This document shows positions 39,514 to 48,700 of a stretch of 64,000 nucleotides of DNA, in pieces; the first letter of the stretch is position 1, and each line of letters opens with the position of its first letter. Below the pieces are notes generated by a model. The model did no database searches and was not told where the DNA came from. It worked only from the letters and a program-made list of their open reading frames with translations. Origin of the DNA: Candidatus Dadabacteria bacterium (GTDB lineage Bacteria > Desulfobacterota_D > UBA1144 > Nemesobacterales > CSP1-2); contig CAWDVW010000005.1 of assembly GCA_963805855.1 (NCBI GenBank), positions 64,001 to 128,000 of the forward strand. Reading direction: 5' to 3'. Made by a program: the position numbers and the translations under genes.

Positions 39514-41070
39514 CTAGTTTGCATATGCCGTAGCGCGCACTTCCCTTATTACGGTTATTTTAATTTGTCCCGGAAATGCAACCTCTTTCTCAATCTTTTT
39601 AGCGATCTCATGAGAAAGCAAAACGCCCTCTTCGTCATTCACCTTTCCACTCTCAACAATGACCCTGACTTCTCTACCCGCCTGGATAGCGTAACACTTT
39701 TCAACCCCTCGAAAAGAACCGGCAATACTCTCGATCTCTTCTATTCTTTTTACATATGCTTCATATGTCTCCCTCCTTGCCCCCGGTCTCGCCGCAGAGA
39801 CTGCGTCTGCCGCCTGAACAAGGATTGGCAAAATAGCCTGTGGTTGAGGATCATGTGCCTTGGCAACAGCTTCAATAACCTCCGCGGGCTCTTGGTACCT
39901 CCTAACAATTTCTTCTCCTATTTCTACGTGAGAGCCCTCAACCTCATGATCAAGCGCCTTTCCGATGTCATGTAGGAGACCCGCCCTTCTCGCCAGTTTC
40001 TCATTATAGCCAATTTCTGCCGCCATTACTCCGCATATGAAAGCCACCTCAAGGGAATGGCTCAATATATTTTGTGAAAAGCTTGTTCTGTATTTCAATT
40101 TTCCTACGAGCTTTACAAGCTCAGGGTGCATGTTGTGAGCACCTATATCAAAGACAGCTTCCTCTCCCGCCTTCTGAATCTCCTTTTCAATTTCGGCTTC
40201 AACATCACTCACAACCTCTTCGATTCTAGCAGGATGAATCCTTCCATCCGATATAAGAGATTCTAACGCCAGCCTAGCGATCTCTCTTCTTATAGGGTTC
40301 AACGAGGATATTACCGCAGTCTCAGGCGTATCATCTATAATAATATCCACACCAGTTCTAGACTCTATTGAGCGTATATTTCTACCCTCACGGCCTATGA
40401 TCCGTCCCTTCATATCATCACTTGGAAGGTTCACGACCGAGATTGTCTTTTCGCTCGTATATTGTCCGGCGTATCTTTGTATAGCAAGAGCAACAATATC
40501 CTTTGCTCTTCTTTCTGAAGCTTGTTGCAGCTCTTCTTCTATCTGTTTTAGCTTCTTTGCAGATTCATGCCTGGCTTCGTCTTCTATGATATTAATAAGC
40601 TCATTTTTTGCCGCATCCCTGGTCATGCCAGCTATATTCTCGATCTTCCTTTTAGCATCCTCAATAATCATGTTTAGTTCTTTTTCTTTGTCCAAGATAG
40701 ACTTTTCTTTTGTGGAGAATTCCCTTTCCTTTTTACTCACTTCCAACTCTCTTCTCTCAAGAGATTCGAATTTTCTATCTAAATTATCTTCGCGATTCTG
40801 AAGCCTATTTTCCATTTTAGAAAATTCTTTGTGTTTCTCTCGCGATTCTCTCTCAATCTCAGATTTTGCCTTTTCTTTAATCTCCCGAGCTTTAAGCTCA
40901 GCTTGAATCTTAAGTGTCTCACACTCTTTTCTTGCAGCCTCTAAAATTGTCTGAGCTTTTCCCTTATCCTTCCCAGCATTCCTTTTCTCCAAGGTTGCTC
41001 GTAACAAATAATAAAGAACAACACCCATTACAAATCCTGATACAGCTGACCCAATTATCCATTCAATCAT
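39514..41070 (-). CDS. rny: Ribonuclease Y
   Basis: N-terminal TM, coiled coil, KGRIIGREGRNIR KH domain, LHDIGK HD domain; likely start MIEWII at 41070. Confidence 0.96.
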   Translation of the reverse strand: MIEWIIGSAVSGFVMGVVLYYLLRATLEKRNAGKDKGKAQTILEAARKECETLKIQAELKAREIKEKAKSEIERESREKHKEFSKMENRLQNREDNLDRKFESLERRELEVSKKEREFSTKEKSILDKEKELNMIIEDAKRKIENIAGMTRDAAKNELINIIEDEARHESAKKLKQIEEELQQASERRAKDIVALAIQRYAGQYTSEKTISVVNLPSDDMKGRIIGREGRNIRSIESRTGVDIIIDDTPETAVISSLNPIRREIARLALESLISDGRIHPARIEEVVSDVEAEIEKEIQKAGEEAVFDIGAHNMHPELVKLVGKLKYRTSFSQNILSHSLEVAFICGVMAAEIGYNEKLARRAGLLHDIGKALDHEVEGSHVEIGEEIVRRYQEPAEVIEAVAKAHDPQPQAILPILVQAADAVSAARPGARRETYEAYVKRIEEIESIAGSFRGVEKCYAIQAGREVRVIVESGKVNDEEGVLLSHEIAKKIEKEVAFPGQIKITVIREVRATAYAN

Positions 41071-41071
41071 C

Positions 41072-41653
41072 TCATGTCCCTCCATCCCCCCCGGCGCAAC
41101 TGACAATACCAAGTTCCGTAATCAAGTATCCCATGCCCATGTCGAATTTCGAAACAGGGATCGAATCTTGGATCTGAAAACTATAAGCCAATGCAATTCT
41201 TTTCTCTCTATTTAGTAACTTGGTTGAACGGTCGTAGTATCCTTTTCCGTACCCTAACCTCGCACCAGCAAGGTTAAAAACCAGTCCCGGAATGATTACT
41301 AGATCAAGGTCTTCAGTTAAGATCGAGGGGGAATTTTCATTTGGTTCAGGAATCCCAAAATTTCCTGATTTAAGACTTTCTGTGCTATCTACCTCGTGGA
41401 AACTCAAAAAATACCCATCTACCCGAGGATAATAAACTTTCTTACCACTTTCAGTAGCATTTTTAAAAATTCTACACGTATCTACTTCGTTTTTTATCGG
41501 AAAGTAAAGAGCTATACTCTTAGCTAGCTTATAACAGGGAAGTTGAATAAGAAAGTTTGAAACAACTTCGCTTTTTTCATCAACTTCATCTTGACTCAGA
41601 CATAACCTAGCTTTCAAAAACTCGCGACGAATCCGCGCCTTAACAATACGAAT
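41072..41653 (-). CDS. ygfA: 5-formyltetrahydrofolate cyclo-ligase; start uncertain, possibly ATT
   Basis: NEVDT, FGIPEP, DLVIIPG and RLGYGKGYYDR motifs; homologous region begins at IVKARIRREF; called ORF start 41863 overlaps zapA. Confidence 0.88.
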   Translation of the reverse strand: MRIVKARIRREFLKARLCLSQDEVDEKSEVVSNFLIQLPCYKLAKSIALYFPIKNEVDTCRIFKNATESGKKVYYPRVDGYFLSFHEVDSTESLKSGNFGIPEPNENSPSILTEDLDLVIIPGLVFNLAGARLGYGKGYYDRSTKLLNREKRIALAYSFQIQDSIPVSKFDMGMGYLITELGIVSCAGGDGGT

Positions 41654-41711
41654 GCAGCAATCCTCTTCCAGTGAATTAGGTAATGGCGATCTAACTCCCT
41701 CTGAAACACAA

Positions 41712-42068
41712 TTATTTGAAAGTCTCCTCTCCCTCTTCCGTTGATTTTGTCCCCACTCCACCTTCACCTTGAGTAACAAAGGTTTCAATAGATTTAAGAG
41801 AATTATCCAACATTTCAACCAGGTTATTTGATTTTTGTTCAGCACGATTTTTAAACTCCTCAAACTCTCTTTTCAATCTGAAATACTCATCTGCTATCTT
41901 GAGAGTAGCAAGAAGAAATGGTCGAGGTGCAGATACGGTATCTTCCCCAGGCGATGCTTCTCTTAGTTTCTCTTCTAAGTAAGCGGCGATTTCACTCACG
42001 TAATCATCATCGGCATCTGTCTTTATAAAATAATCTTTATTGAATACGCTTATCTTCATTCGCCTCAT
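41712..42068 (-). CDS. zapA: Cell division protein ZapA
   Basis: ISVFNKDYFIK..DDYVSEIAAYLEEKL..LATLKIADE plus coiled coil; synteny. Confidence 0.85.
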   Translation of the reverse strand: MRRMKISVFNKDYFIKTDADDDYVSEIAAYLEEKLREASPGEDTVSAPRPFLLATLKIADEYFRLKREFEEFKNRAEQKSNNLVEMLDNSLKSIETFVTQGEGGVGTKSTEEGEETFK

Positions 42069-42278
42069 TTAAGCCTCTGACCTACTTATATATAATTCTA
42101 CTTTCTCAATTACCTTTTCTAACCTTGAATTTGCTTCTTGCCTGCCCTTTTCAAGGTCTTTTATACTTTCCCGAAGCATTCTAACTTCTTCTAGTAGTTT
42201 TCGATGCTCCTCGGTCATTTTCTTCTCTCTTGAAATTGCTTCTTTAATTCTACTCTCAAGAATATCCATTGATTTCAT
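42069..42278 (-). CDS. Short coiled-coil protein, ZapB-like
   Basis: 69 aa all coiled coil, directly upstream of zapA. Confidence 0.7.
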   Translation of the reverse strand: MKSMDILESRIKEAISREKKMTEEHRKLLEEVRMLRESIKDLEKGRQEANSRLEKVIEKVELYISRSEA

Positions 42279-42345
42279 GATATTAGTAGAACAAGTTTAA
42301 ACTTATCTTGAATTTTTTGCAAGTTGTGTAACCATTATCTTAAAA

Positions 42346-43419
42346 ATGATAGAAGCCGGACTGTTAAAGCGTCTCGATGAAGTCGAGAAAAAGTATTTGG
42401 AAATTGAAAAATACCTTAGTAATCCGAGTTTAACCCCCTCTGAAATACATCGTTATTCCAAAGAGCGCTCAGAATTGGGGGAATTGGTCGAGATATATAG
42501 AGAATACAAACAAACCTCGAAAGAAATTGAAGAGAACAAAGCTTTAATCTCGGATAAGGAACTGGGGGAGCTCGCGCGCGAAGAGATAATAGCGTTGGAA
42601 AGAAAGCTTCAAATCCTGAACGATAAGATGCAACTTATGCTTCTACCAAAGGATCCAATGGATGATAAGAACGTATTTCTAGAAATCCGTGCCGGGGCTG
42701 GTGGTGGAGAAGCGGCCTTATTTGCGGCCGACCTTCTCAGAATGTACTCCAGATACGCGGAAAGGAATGGATGGAAAACAGATATACTAAGTATAAACGA
42801 GACAGGAATCGGCGGGATAAAGGAGGCAATTGTCGCAATTGAGGGGGAAAGGGTCTACAGCAGACTAAAATATGAAAGTGGAGTACACAGGGTGCAGCGA
42901 GTACCAACCACGGAGGCGGGAGGAAGGATTCACACCTCTACTGCGACCGTAGCCGTTCTCCCTGAACCTGACGATGTCGAGGTAAATATTGATACCAGGG
43001 ACTTAAAGATCGACACTTACAGAGCCTCTGGCCCCGGAGGCCAGCATGTTAATAAGACTGATTCGGCAATAAGAATAACCCATATTCCCACCGGAATAGT
43101 TGTGCAATGCCAAGAGGAGAGGTCTCAACACAAAAATAGAGCTAAGGCAATGAGGATGCTGAAGGCTAAGCTTTACGAACTGGAAGAATATAAACGTCAA
43201 AATGAGATTTCATCCATTCGTCGTAATCTTGTCGGAAGTGGCGATAGGAGTGAAAAGATAAGGACCTACAATTTCCCGCAGGGTAGGATTACAGACCATA
43301 GAATAAAACTTACCCTTCATAAAATCGACACGATCCTGGATGGCGATCTAGAAGATTTAATAGATCCTTTGGTCAATTACTACCAATCCGAGAACCTCAA
43401 ACAAATTTCCTATCAGTGA
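42346..43419 (+). CDS. prfA: Peptide chain release factor 1
   Basis: GVHRVQRVPTTE (PxT), GGQ motif, RTYNFPQ. Confidence 0.97.
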   Translation: MIEAGLLKRLDEVEKKYLEIEKYLSNPSLTPSEIHRYSKERSELGELVEIYREYKQTSKEIEENKALISDKELGELAREEIIALERKLQILNDKMQLMLLPKDPMDDKNVFLEIRAGAGGGEAALFAADLLRMYSRYAERNGWKTDILSINETGIGGIKEAIVAIEGERVYSRLKYESGVHRVQRVPTTEAGGRIHTSTATVAVLPEPDDVEVNIDTRDLKIDTYRASGPGGQHVNKTDSAIRITHIPTGIVVQCQEERSQHKNRAKAMRMLKAKLYELEEYKRQNEISSIRRNLVGSGDRSEKIRTYNFPQGRITDHRIKLTLHKIDTILDGDLEDLIDPLVNYYQSENLKQISYQ

Positions 43420-43514
43420 TTATTATATAGATTAAAGACACATACCAAATTCACGCTTACTTTTCATTTAAGTTGTTTATTGTGATAGAATATTTCGAAA
43501 ATTAAAAAATAAAA

Positions 43515-44327
43515 ATGGCTTGGCAATGGATAGTTCCGGTATTTTATTTGATTTCATCTGTTTTCTATTGCGGCTACCTTTGGACAAAAAACCCCAGGGT
43601 ATCTGTTTGGGGATCAGCAGCCGTCAAGATCGGATTAATCAGCCAGTCCATCATTCTTCTTACTCTCTTATTACAGGGGACCCCCCTGGCCGGCGGTCTT
43701 GACAGATCTCTTTATTTCTTCTCCTGGTTTATCACGTTAGTCTATACAGTGTTACAGTCAAGAATAAAGGCCGATATCATTGGGGCATTTGTCGCTCCGC
43801 TCAGCCTAATCATGACTTTACCTTCGGTGATTCTTCCAGAAGGGATCATTCAAAATGATCCCTCGTTAAGAAACCCATGGATCGTGATTCACATAGTACT
43901 AGTCTTTCTTGGGGAAGCATTGTTCACAGTCGCGTTCATCGCTGGATTGTTGTATATCTTCCAAGAGCAGAGAATAAAGTCAAAGCACCTTGGAAGCTTC
44001 CTAAAAAAATTACCTTCATTAACAACCCTTGATAAAATAAACCACGTCTGCCTCCTAATAGGTTTTCCGTTAATAACTATAGGACTGGCTCTTGGTTTAC
44101 TGTCTGCTAAGATTGTATGGGGTGATCAATGGGATTGGGGACAGAAAGAAACTTGGTCTTTGATTACATGGTTTCTCTACGCAATTCTAATTCATGGAAG
44201 ACTGGCCTCGGGGTGGAAAGGTAAGAAAGCTGCAATAGGAGCTGTGTTAGGATTTGGCATTATCCTCTTTTCCTTTATCGTAATTGGTTATATAGCACCA
44301 GGCAAGCATGATTTTTTGGGAAGATGA
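43515..44327 (+). CDS. ccsA: Cytochrome c biogenesis CcsA/HemX-family membrane protein
   Basis: Multiple TM helices, WIVIHI, LPSLTTLD, WGDQWDWGQKETWSLITW tryptophan-rich motif, C-terminal GKH. Confidence 0.85.
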   Translation: MAWQWIVPVFYLISSVFYCGYLWTKNPRVSVWGSAAVKIGLISQSIILLTLLLQGTPLAGGLDRSLYFFSWFITLVYTVLQSRIKADIIGAFVAPLSLIMTLPSVILPEGIIQNDPSLRNPWIVIHIVLVFLGEALFTVAFIAGLLYIFQEQRIKSKHLGSFLKKLPSLTTLDKINHVCLLIGFPLITIGLALGLLSAKIVWGDQWDWGQKETWSLITWFLYAILIHGRLASGWKGKKAAIGAVLGFGIILFSFIVIGYIAPGKHDFLGR

Positions 44328-44587
44328 TAACAAACCGTAACATTCTAAAAGTCCAGTAAATAGTATAGAGGCTGAAAGAGGCGATCCACAACCTATACAT
44401 CTGTACGCTATGAAGCAATACCGGTAAATAGTAATTCACGAATCATACGCCCCAACGTTGCATTAAAACATCATACTACTGACTAACTAAGCAAAGAGCC
44501 TCTAGCCTTTAATTATGTGTATTTATCAGGTAAGTTTAATTTATTAATCTAAATCACTTGGTGATGAAATAGCAAGGAAGCAATATC

Positions 44588-44947
44588 TTGTCTGAAAAAA
44601 GCAAGCAGGCAAAGCCATTCTATTTAAGCTATTTTGAGAAGCTTTATGAATCTTGGGAGATATCTGCTGAAAAAGCACTAACATTATGGTTTCATAATCC
44701 TCTGTTCAGCAACTTTATGGATAGGGCCGTTGAAAAATCACTCGAATTTAAAGATTACACTCAAGAAATCATCGATAAGACTTTAAAATATAGATTGTTT
44801 CCGATAGACAATGATTTTGCAAAACTTACAGATTCAATCGGGAACTTAGACGAGAGGCTATCCGAGCTGGAAGGCAAAATTGTAAAAGTAAAAAAGACAA
44901 ACATCAAAAAAAAAGTGAAATCAAGGCGACGGAGGAATAGAAAGTGA
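44588..44947 (+). CDS. Short PhaE/PhaR-like protein with basic C-terminal tail
   Basis: TTG start after AGGA; YFEKLYESWE...NPLF...EKSLEF similar to next ORF; coiled coil; tail KKTNIKKKVKSRRRRNRK. Confidence 0.6.
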   Translation: MSEKSKQAKPFYLSYFEKLYESWEISAEKALTLWFHNPLFSNFMDRAVEKSLEFKDYTQEIIDKTLKYRLFPIDNDFAKLTDSIGNLDERLSELEGKIVKVKKTNIKKKVKSRRRRNRK

Positions 44948-45393
44948 CTAATGAGAATATGGAATATGGAGAGTACTACAAGAAATTCTATGACATTTGG
45001 GAAAAGTCTATGTTAGAAGCCTTAGATATCTGGAAAAAAAATTTAGATAAGACTATTATGAATGAAGGTGATAAACCGATAGACTTCAGTAATGTTGAAT
45101 ATTACAAAAAATTCTATGAAACCTGGGAGAAATCTACCTCTGAAGCACTAGAGAAATATATCAATAACCCACTATTTGCTCTAAATATAGGGAAGACTAT
45201 TGAGAAGTCATCCGAGCTCAAAAAATACTTTGATGAGGTTATAGAGAAAAGTCTTAAAAACGTTCGTCTACCGTCGAAGAACGACATAGACAGGATTCAT
45301 AACGCAATTAACAGTATCGAAGCAAAGATAAATGACCTTTCCGAGATGGTAGAGGAACTGAAGAGTTCAAAAATGCCATCAAAAAGGAAGTAG
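44944..45393 (+). CDS. PHA synthase partner subunit, PhaE/PhaR-like
   Basis: LKNVRLPSKNDIDRIHNAINSIEAKINDL resembles the PhaE/PhaR C-terminal motif; upstream of phaC. Confidence 0.75.
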   Translation: MTNENMEYGEYYKKFYDIWEKSMLEALDIWKKNLDKTIMNEGDKPIDFSNVEYYKKFYETWEKSTSEALEKYINNPLFALNIGKTIEKSSELKKYFDEVIEKSLKNVRLPSKNDIDRIHNAINSIEAKINDLSEMVEELKSSKMPSKRK

Positions 45394-45558
45394 AGATATT
45401 ATTTGTCATTCGATAATCAAAAATTAAATTTCTAATTCGTTGGAATTTGCCGCTAAAACATTAGACATAATTAACTTAGCAACAATGTCTGAATTGCTTT
45501 AAGGTAGGCCGGTGGTAATATTCTGAACGACTCAAAAGAGAAACTGGAGGTTTTTAAA

Positions 45559-46635
45559 TTGATGTCATCAAATTATATAAATGAGCTTATGCAAGAGGCA
45601 GAAAAAATAAAACAAAAGGTCTCTAAAGCAATAGATATAGCTCTCATTAACCCACCAGAAATAAATGTTGGTACCACTCCGCATGAAGTTGTATTCACAG
45701 AAAACAAGCTGCGTCTACTCCACTATTATCCTACCGCGGAAAAGACCTACCCCGTGCCTCTTGTCATGATATTTGCCCTCGTGAACCGACCGTATATACT
45801 GGATTTAAAACCAGGCAGAAGCATAGTTGAAGTCTTACTCAATAAGGGTATTGACATATATATGATTGACTGGGGTGTCCCTGGCGATGAGGATAAGGAC
45901 CTCAATCTAAATCACTATATAAATAGATATATATATAAAGTAATCAATAAAGTTAAAAAGATCTCGGGTGCCGATAAGGTTAGTGTTTTAGGGTATTGCA
46001 TGGGTGGAACGATGTCTGCAATGTATACCGCACTCCATCCAAGAGATATTAAAAACTTGATCCTTTTGGCTGCGGGAATTGACTTTAAGGTTGAAGGCAC
46101 ATTAAACCTTTGGGGTGACAAGCCCAACTTCGATGTGGATAAATTTGTGGATGCGTTCGGAAATGTTCCGCCCGAATTTCTTCAATCAGGTTTTCTTTTT
46201 ATGAAACCCGTCCAAAATCTGGTATCCAAATATGTGAATTTTTTTGAAAACATAGAAAATAATAACTTCATCGAAAACTTCCTGGCAATGGAGAAATGGT
46301 TAAATGATAACATCCCGGTTGCAGGGGAGGTTTTCAGAGAGTTTATAAAGTACTGTTATCAGGAAAATCTACTCGTTGAAAACAAACTCAGAATAAATGG
46401 CAAGATCGTTGATCTCAGTAAGATCAAGTGCTCCGTTCTGAATCTAATTGCCGAGCATGATCATCTTGTACCACCGAAATCAAGCATGGCCTTCAATGAT
46501 CTAATATCCAGCAAAGACAAAGAAAGCATCGTTTACCCGACGGGCCACATTGGGATGTCTGTAAGTAGCAAATCACTGAGGGACTTGTGGCCCAGGGTTG
46601 CTGATTGGTTGATTGCTAGATCAAAATCCGATTAA
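45559..46635 (+). CDS. phaC: Polyhydroxyalkanoate synthase PhaC, class III/IV size
   Basis: GTTPHEVV, ALVNRPYILDL, GYCMGG lipase box, AEHDHLVPP Asp, GHIG His; 358 aa. Confidence 0.95.
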   Translation: MMSSNYINELMQEAEKIKQKVSKAIDIALINPPEINVGTTPHEVVFTENKLRLLHYYPTAEKTYPVPLVMIFALVNRPYILDLKPGRSIVEVLLNKGIDIYMIDWGVPGDEDKDLNLNHYINRYIYKVINKVKKISGADKVSVLGYCMGGTMSAMYTALHPRDIKNLILLAAGIDFKVEGTLNLWGDKPNFDVDKFVDAFGNVPPEFLQSGFLFMKPVQNLVSKYVNFFENIENNNFIENFLAMEKWLNDNIPVAGEVFREFIKYCYQENLLVENKLRINGKIVDLSKIKCSVLNLIAEHDHLVPPKSSMAFNDLISSKDKESIVYPTGHIGMSVSSKSLRDLWPRVADWLIARSKSD

Positions 46636-46734
46636 CTTTATAATTTACATGACTTCTTATTAACGCTTATGTACCTTTAGGGTTCATCAATCCTTTGAGT
46701 ACATTTGGCACAAAGAATATCATAAATCAGCAAA

Positions 46735-47493
46735 TTAAATGTAGTGACCGCCGTTGATTCTTAGAGTCACGCCTGTGATCCAGCTCGCTGCCGGCGAACA
46801 AAGATACAATACTGCAAGGGCAATTTCTTCAGGTGTCCCAAATCTACCCAATGCAATCTGACCCCTTATTTGATTCCTAATGTCTTCTGGCACCGTACCA
46901 AGCATGTCTGTTTCTATAAACCCAGGGGCTATAGCGTTTACACGAATGTTGTTTCTTGCGAGCTCTCTTGCGACACTCTTCGTAAATCCAATTATTCCAG
47001 CCTTTGTTGAGGCATAGTTGGCCTGACCAACGTTGCCCATCTCTCCTATGATGGACGAAACAGAAATTATTACCCCGCTGTTTTGGGCAATCATAGGCTC
47101 AAGCACGGCCTTGGTACAATTAAATATGCCGGAAAGATTAGTCTGTATAACCTCGTTCCACTGTTCTGAACTCATTCTGCGGAGCGTCCTGTCTCTGTTC
47201 ACACCGGCGTTATTTATCAATACATCGACCTTCCCGAAATGATTCATAACAGCCCTGCCAAGGTTTTGCGCTTGCTCGAACTTTCCAACATCTGCACGAA
47301 CAGTAACGCACTTTCTACCCATCTTTTCAATCTCTTTCTTCACCTGGTCAGCGTGTTTATCGCTCCTTGAATAATTCAATAATATATCAGCACCAGCTTC
47401 AGCTAAAGCTAGAGCAATTGCCCTACCTATGCCCCTAGAACCTCCAGTTACGATTGCAACCTTGCCTTTCAAATCAGTTAATTCCTCAATCAT
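46735..47493 (-). CDS. phaB: Acetoacetyl-CoA reductase / FabG-like SDR
   Basis: TGGSRGIG, NNAGVNRD, NYASTKAG and INGG motifs; convergent with phaC. Confidence 0.8.
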   Translation of the reverse strand: MIEELTDLKGKVAIVTGGSRGIGRAIALALAEAGADILLNYSRSDKHADQVKKEIEKMGRKCVTVRADVGKFEQAQNLGRAVMNHFGKVDVLINNAGVNRDRTLRRMSSEQWNEVIQTNLSGIFNCTKAVLEPMIAQNSGVIISVSSIIGEMGNVGQANYASTKAGIIGFTKSVARELARNNIRVNAIAPGFIETDMLGTVPEDIRNQIRGQIALGRFGTPEEIALAVLYLCSPAASWITGVTLRINGGHYI

Positions 47494-47807
47494 GCTGTTA
47501 CCTCCTCGGGATTGTAAAAGTTACGCTAAAAAGGATATAGATTTTTAACTCTTAAATAAATATTTGTCAAATATTACGGAATTAATCATCGAATGGGCAT
47601 TTTGGGTTCCTATCATTTTTAATTTCAAGAATCCCTTAAACTGGATGGCATCATAGTATTCGATGAAACTACCCGAGATAATTTTCGGTTAAGCTAACCT
47701 TAGGTAATGCATACTGGCGTCCCCTGTAATTTATCAAAAAATTTGTTATATTCCAGTATGATGGAAATGCGGATTTACTCAAAAAATTGATTACGAGAGA
47801 AGGTAAC

Positions 47808-48674
47808 ATGAATAATTTTGTTAAGTCTCACGGACTTGGTAATGACTACGTTGTATTGGATCAGGCCAAAATATCCTTTCAACTAACTCCCGAATCAATA
47901 AAGCTTATCTGCAACAGAAATTACGGAATAGGATCCGACGGAATCCTCCTACTTGTCAAATCTAACAAAGCGGACTTTGGACTAAAAATCTTTAACCCAG
48001 ATGGTACGCCCGCAGAAAAGAGCGGCAATGGTCTCAGAATTTTTGCCAAATTCCTTTATGAGCACGGTTACACACACAAACACAATTTAACTATTGATAC
48101 TCCGGGAGGCATCACAGCCGCAGAATTGGAGATAAATAACGGAAAAACCGAATTTGTAACAGTGGAGATGGGCAACGCAACATTCCAAAGCAAACTAATA
48201 CCAGTTGAAGGCGAAGACAGAGAGGTGGTCGATGAAGAGATGCGAATCGATGGTGAGATTCTTAGGATCACTGCAGTCTCAGTTGGAAACCCCCATTGTG
48301 TTATTTTTACAGATCAACTCGATGAGGGTTATGTTAGAAAACTCGGCCCTGCTATTGAAAATCACCAAATGTTTCCGAACCGAGCAAATGTTCAGTTTGC
48401 AAAGGTGCAATCTAGAGACAAAGTAGAAATACTCATCTGGGAACGTGGTGCAGGTTATACACTGGCATCCGGAAGCAGCTCCTGCGCTGTGGCTGCGGCT
48501 TCTGTTAAAAACAATTTCACAGATAGATCCTTGCGCGTTCTAATGCCTGGTGGAGAACTCCAAATCGAAGTGAGAGATGACTGGTCAATCAGAATGAGAG
48601 GCTCAGTTGAAGAAATTTGCAGTGGAACAATCAGTGAGGAGCTAATCTCAAAACTATCCAATCTCCCAAAATAG
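47808..48674 (+). CDS. dapF: Diaminopimelate epimerase family protein with Ser/Ser active site
   Basis: KSHGLGNDY, GIGSDG, NPDG, GNPHCV, WERGAG; EKSGNG and LASGSS where CGNG and ACGTG are canonical. Confidence 0.85.
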   Translation: MNNFVKSHGLGNDYVVLDQAKISFQLTPESIKLICNRNYGIGSDGILLLVKSNKADFGLKIFNPDGTPAEKSGNGLRIFAKFLYEHGYTHKHNLTIDTPGGITAAELEINNGKTEFVTVEMGNATFQSKLIPVEGEDREVVDEEMRIDGEILRITAVSVGNPHCVIFTDQLDEGYVRKLGPAIENHQMFPNRANVQFAKVQSRDKVEILIWERGAGYTLASGSSSCAVAAASVKNNFTDRSLRVLMPGGELQIEVRDDWSIRMRGSVEEICSGTISEELISKLSNLPK

Positions 48675-48700
48675 GTATAATCAAGGCTGCTAACTTAAGA

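Noticed and set aside
41654-41863. N-terminal 70 aa of the called ygfA ORF
   Set aside because: Overlaps zapA in another frame and has no cyclo-ligase character
44365-44504. TAGAGGCT...AGCCTCTA inverted repeat around ~125 bp (possible sRNA or 6S RNA)
   Set aside because: Only 8-bp arms and no extended rod-like pairing visible; needs an Infernal search
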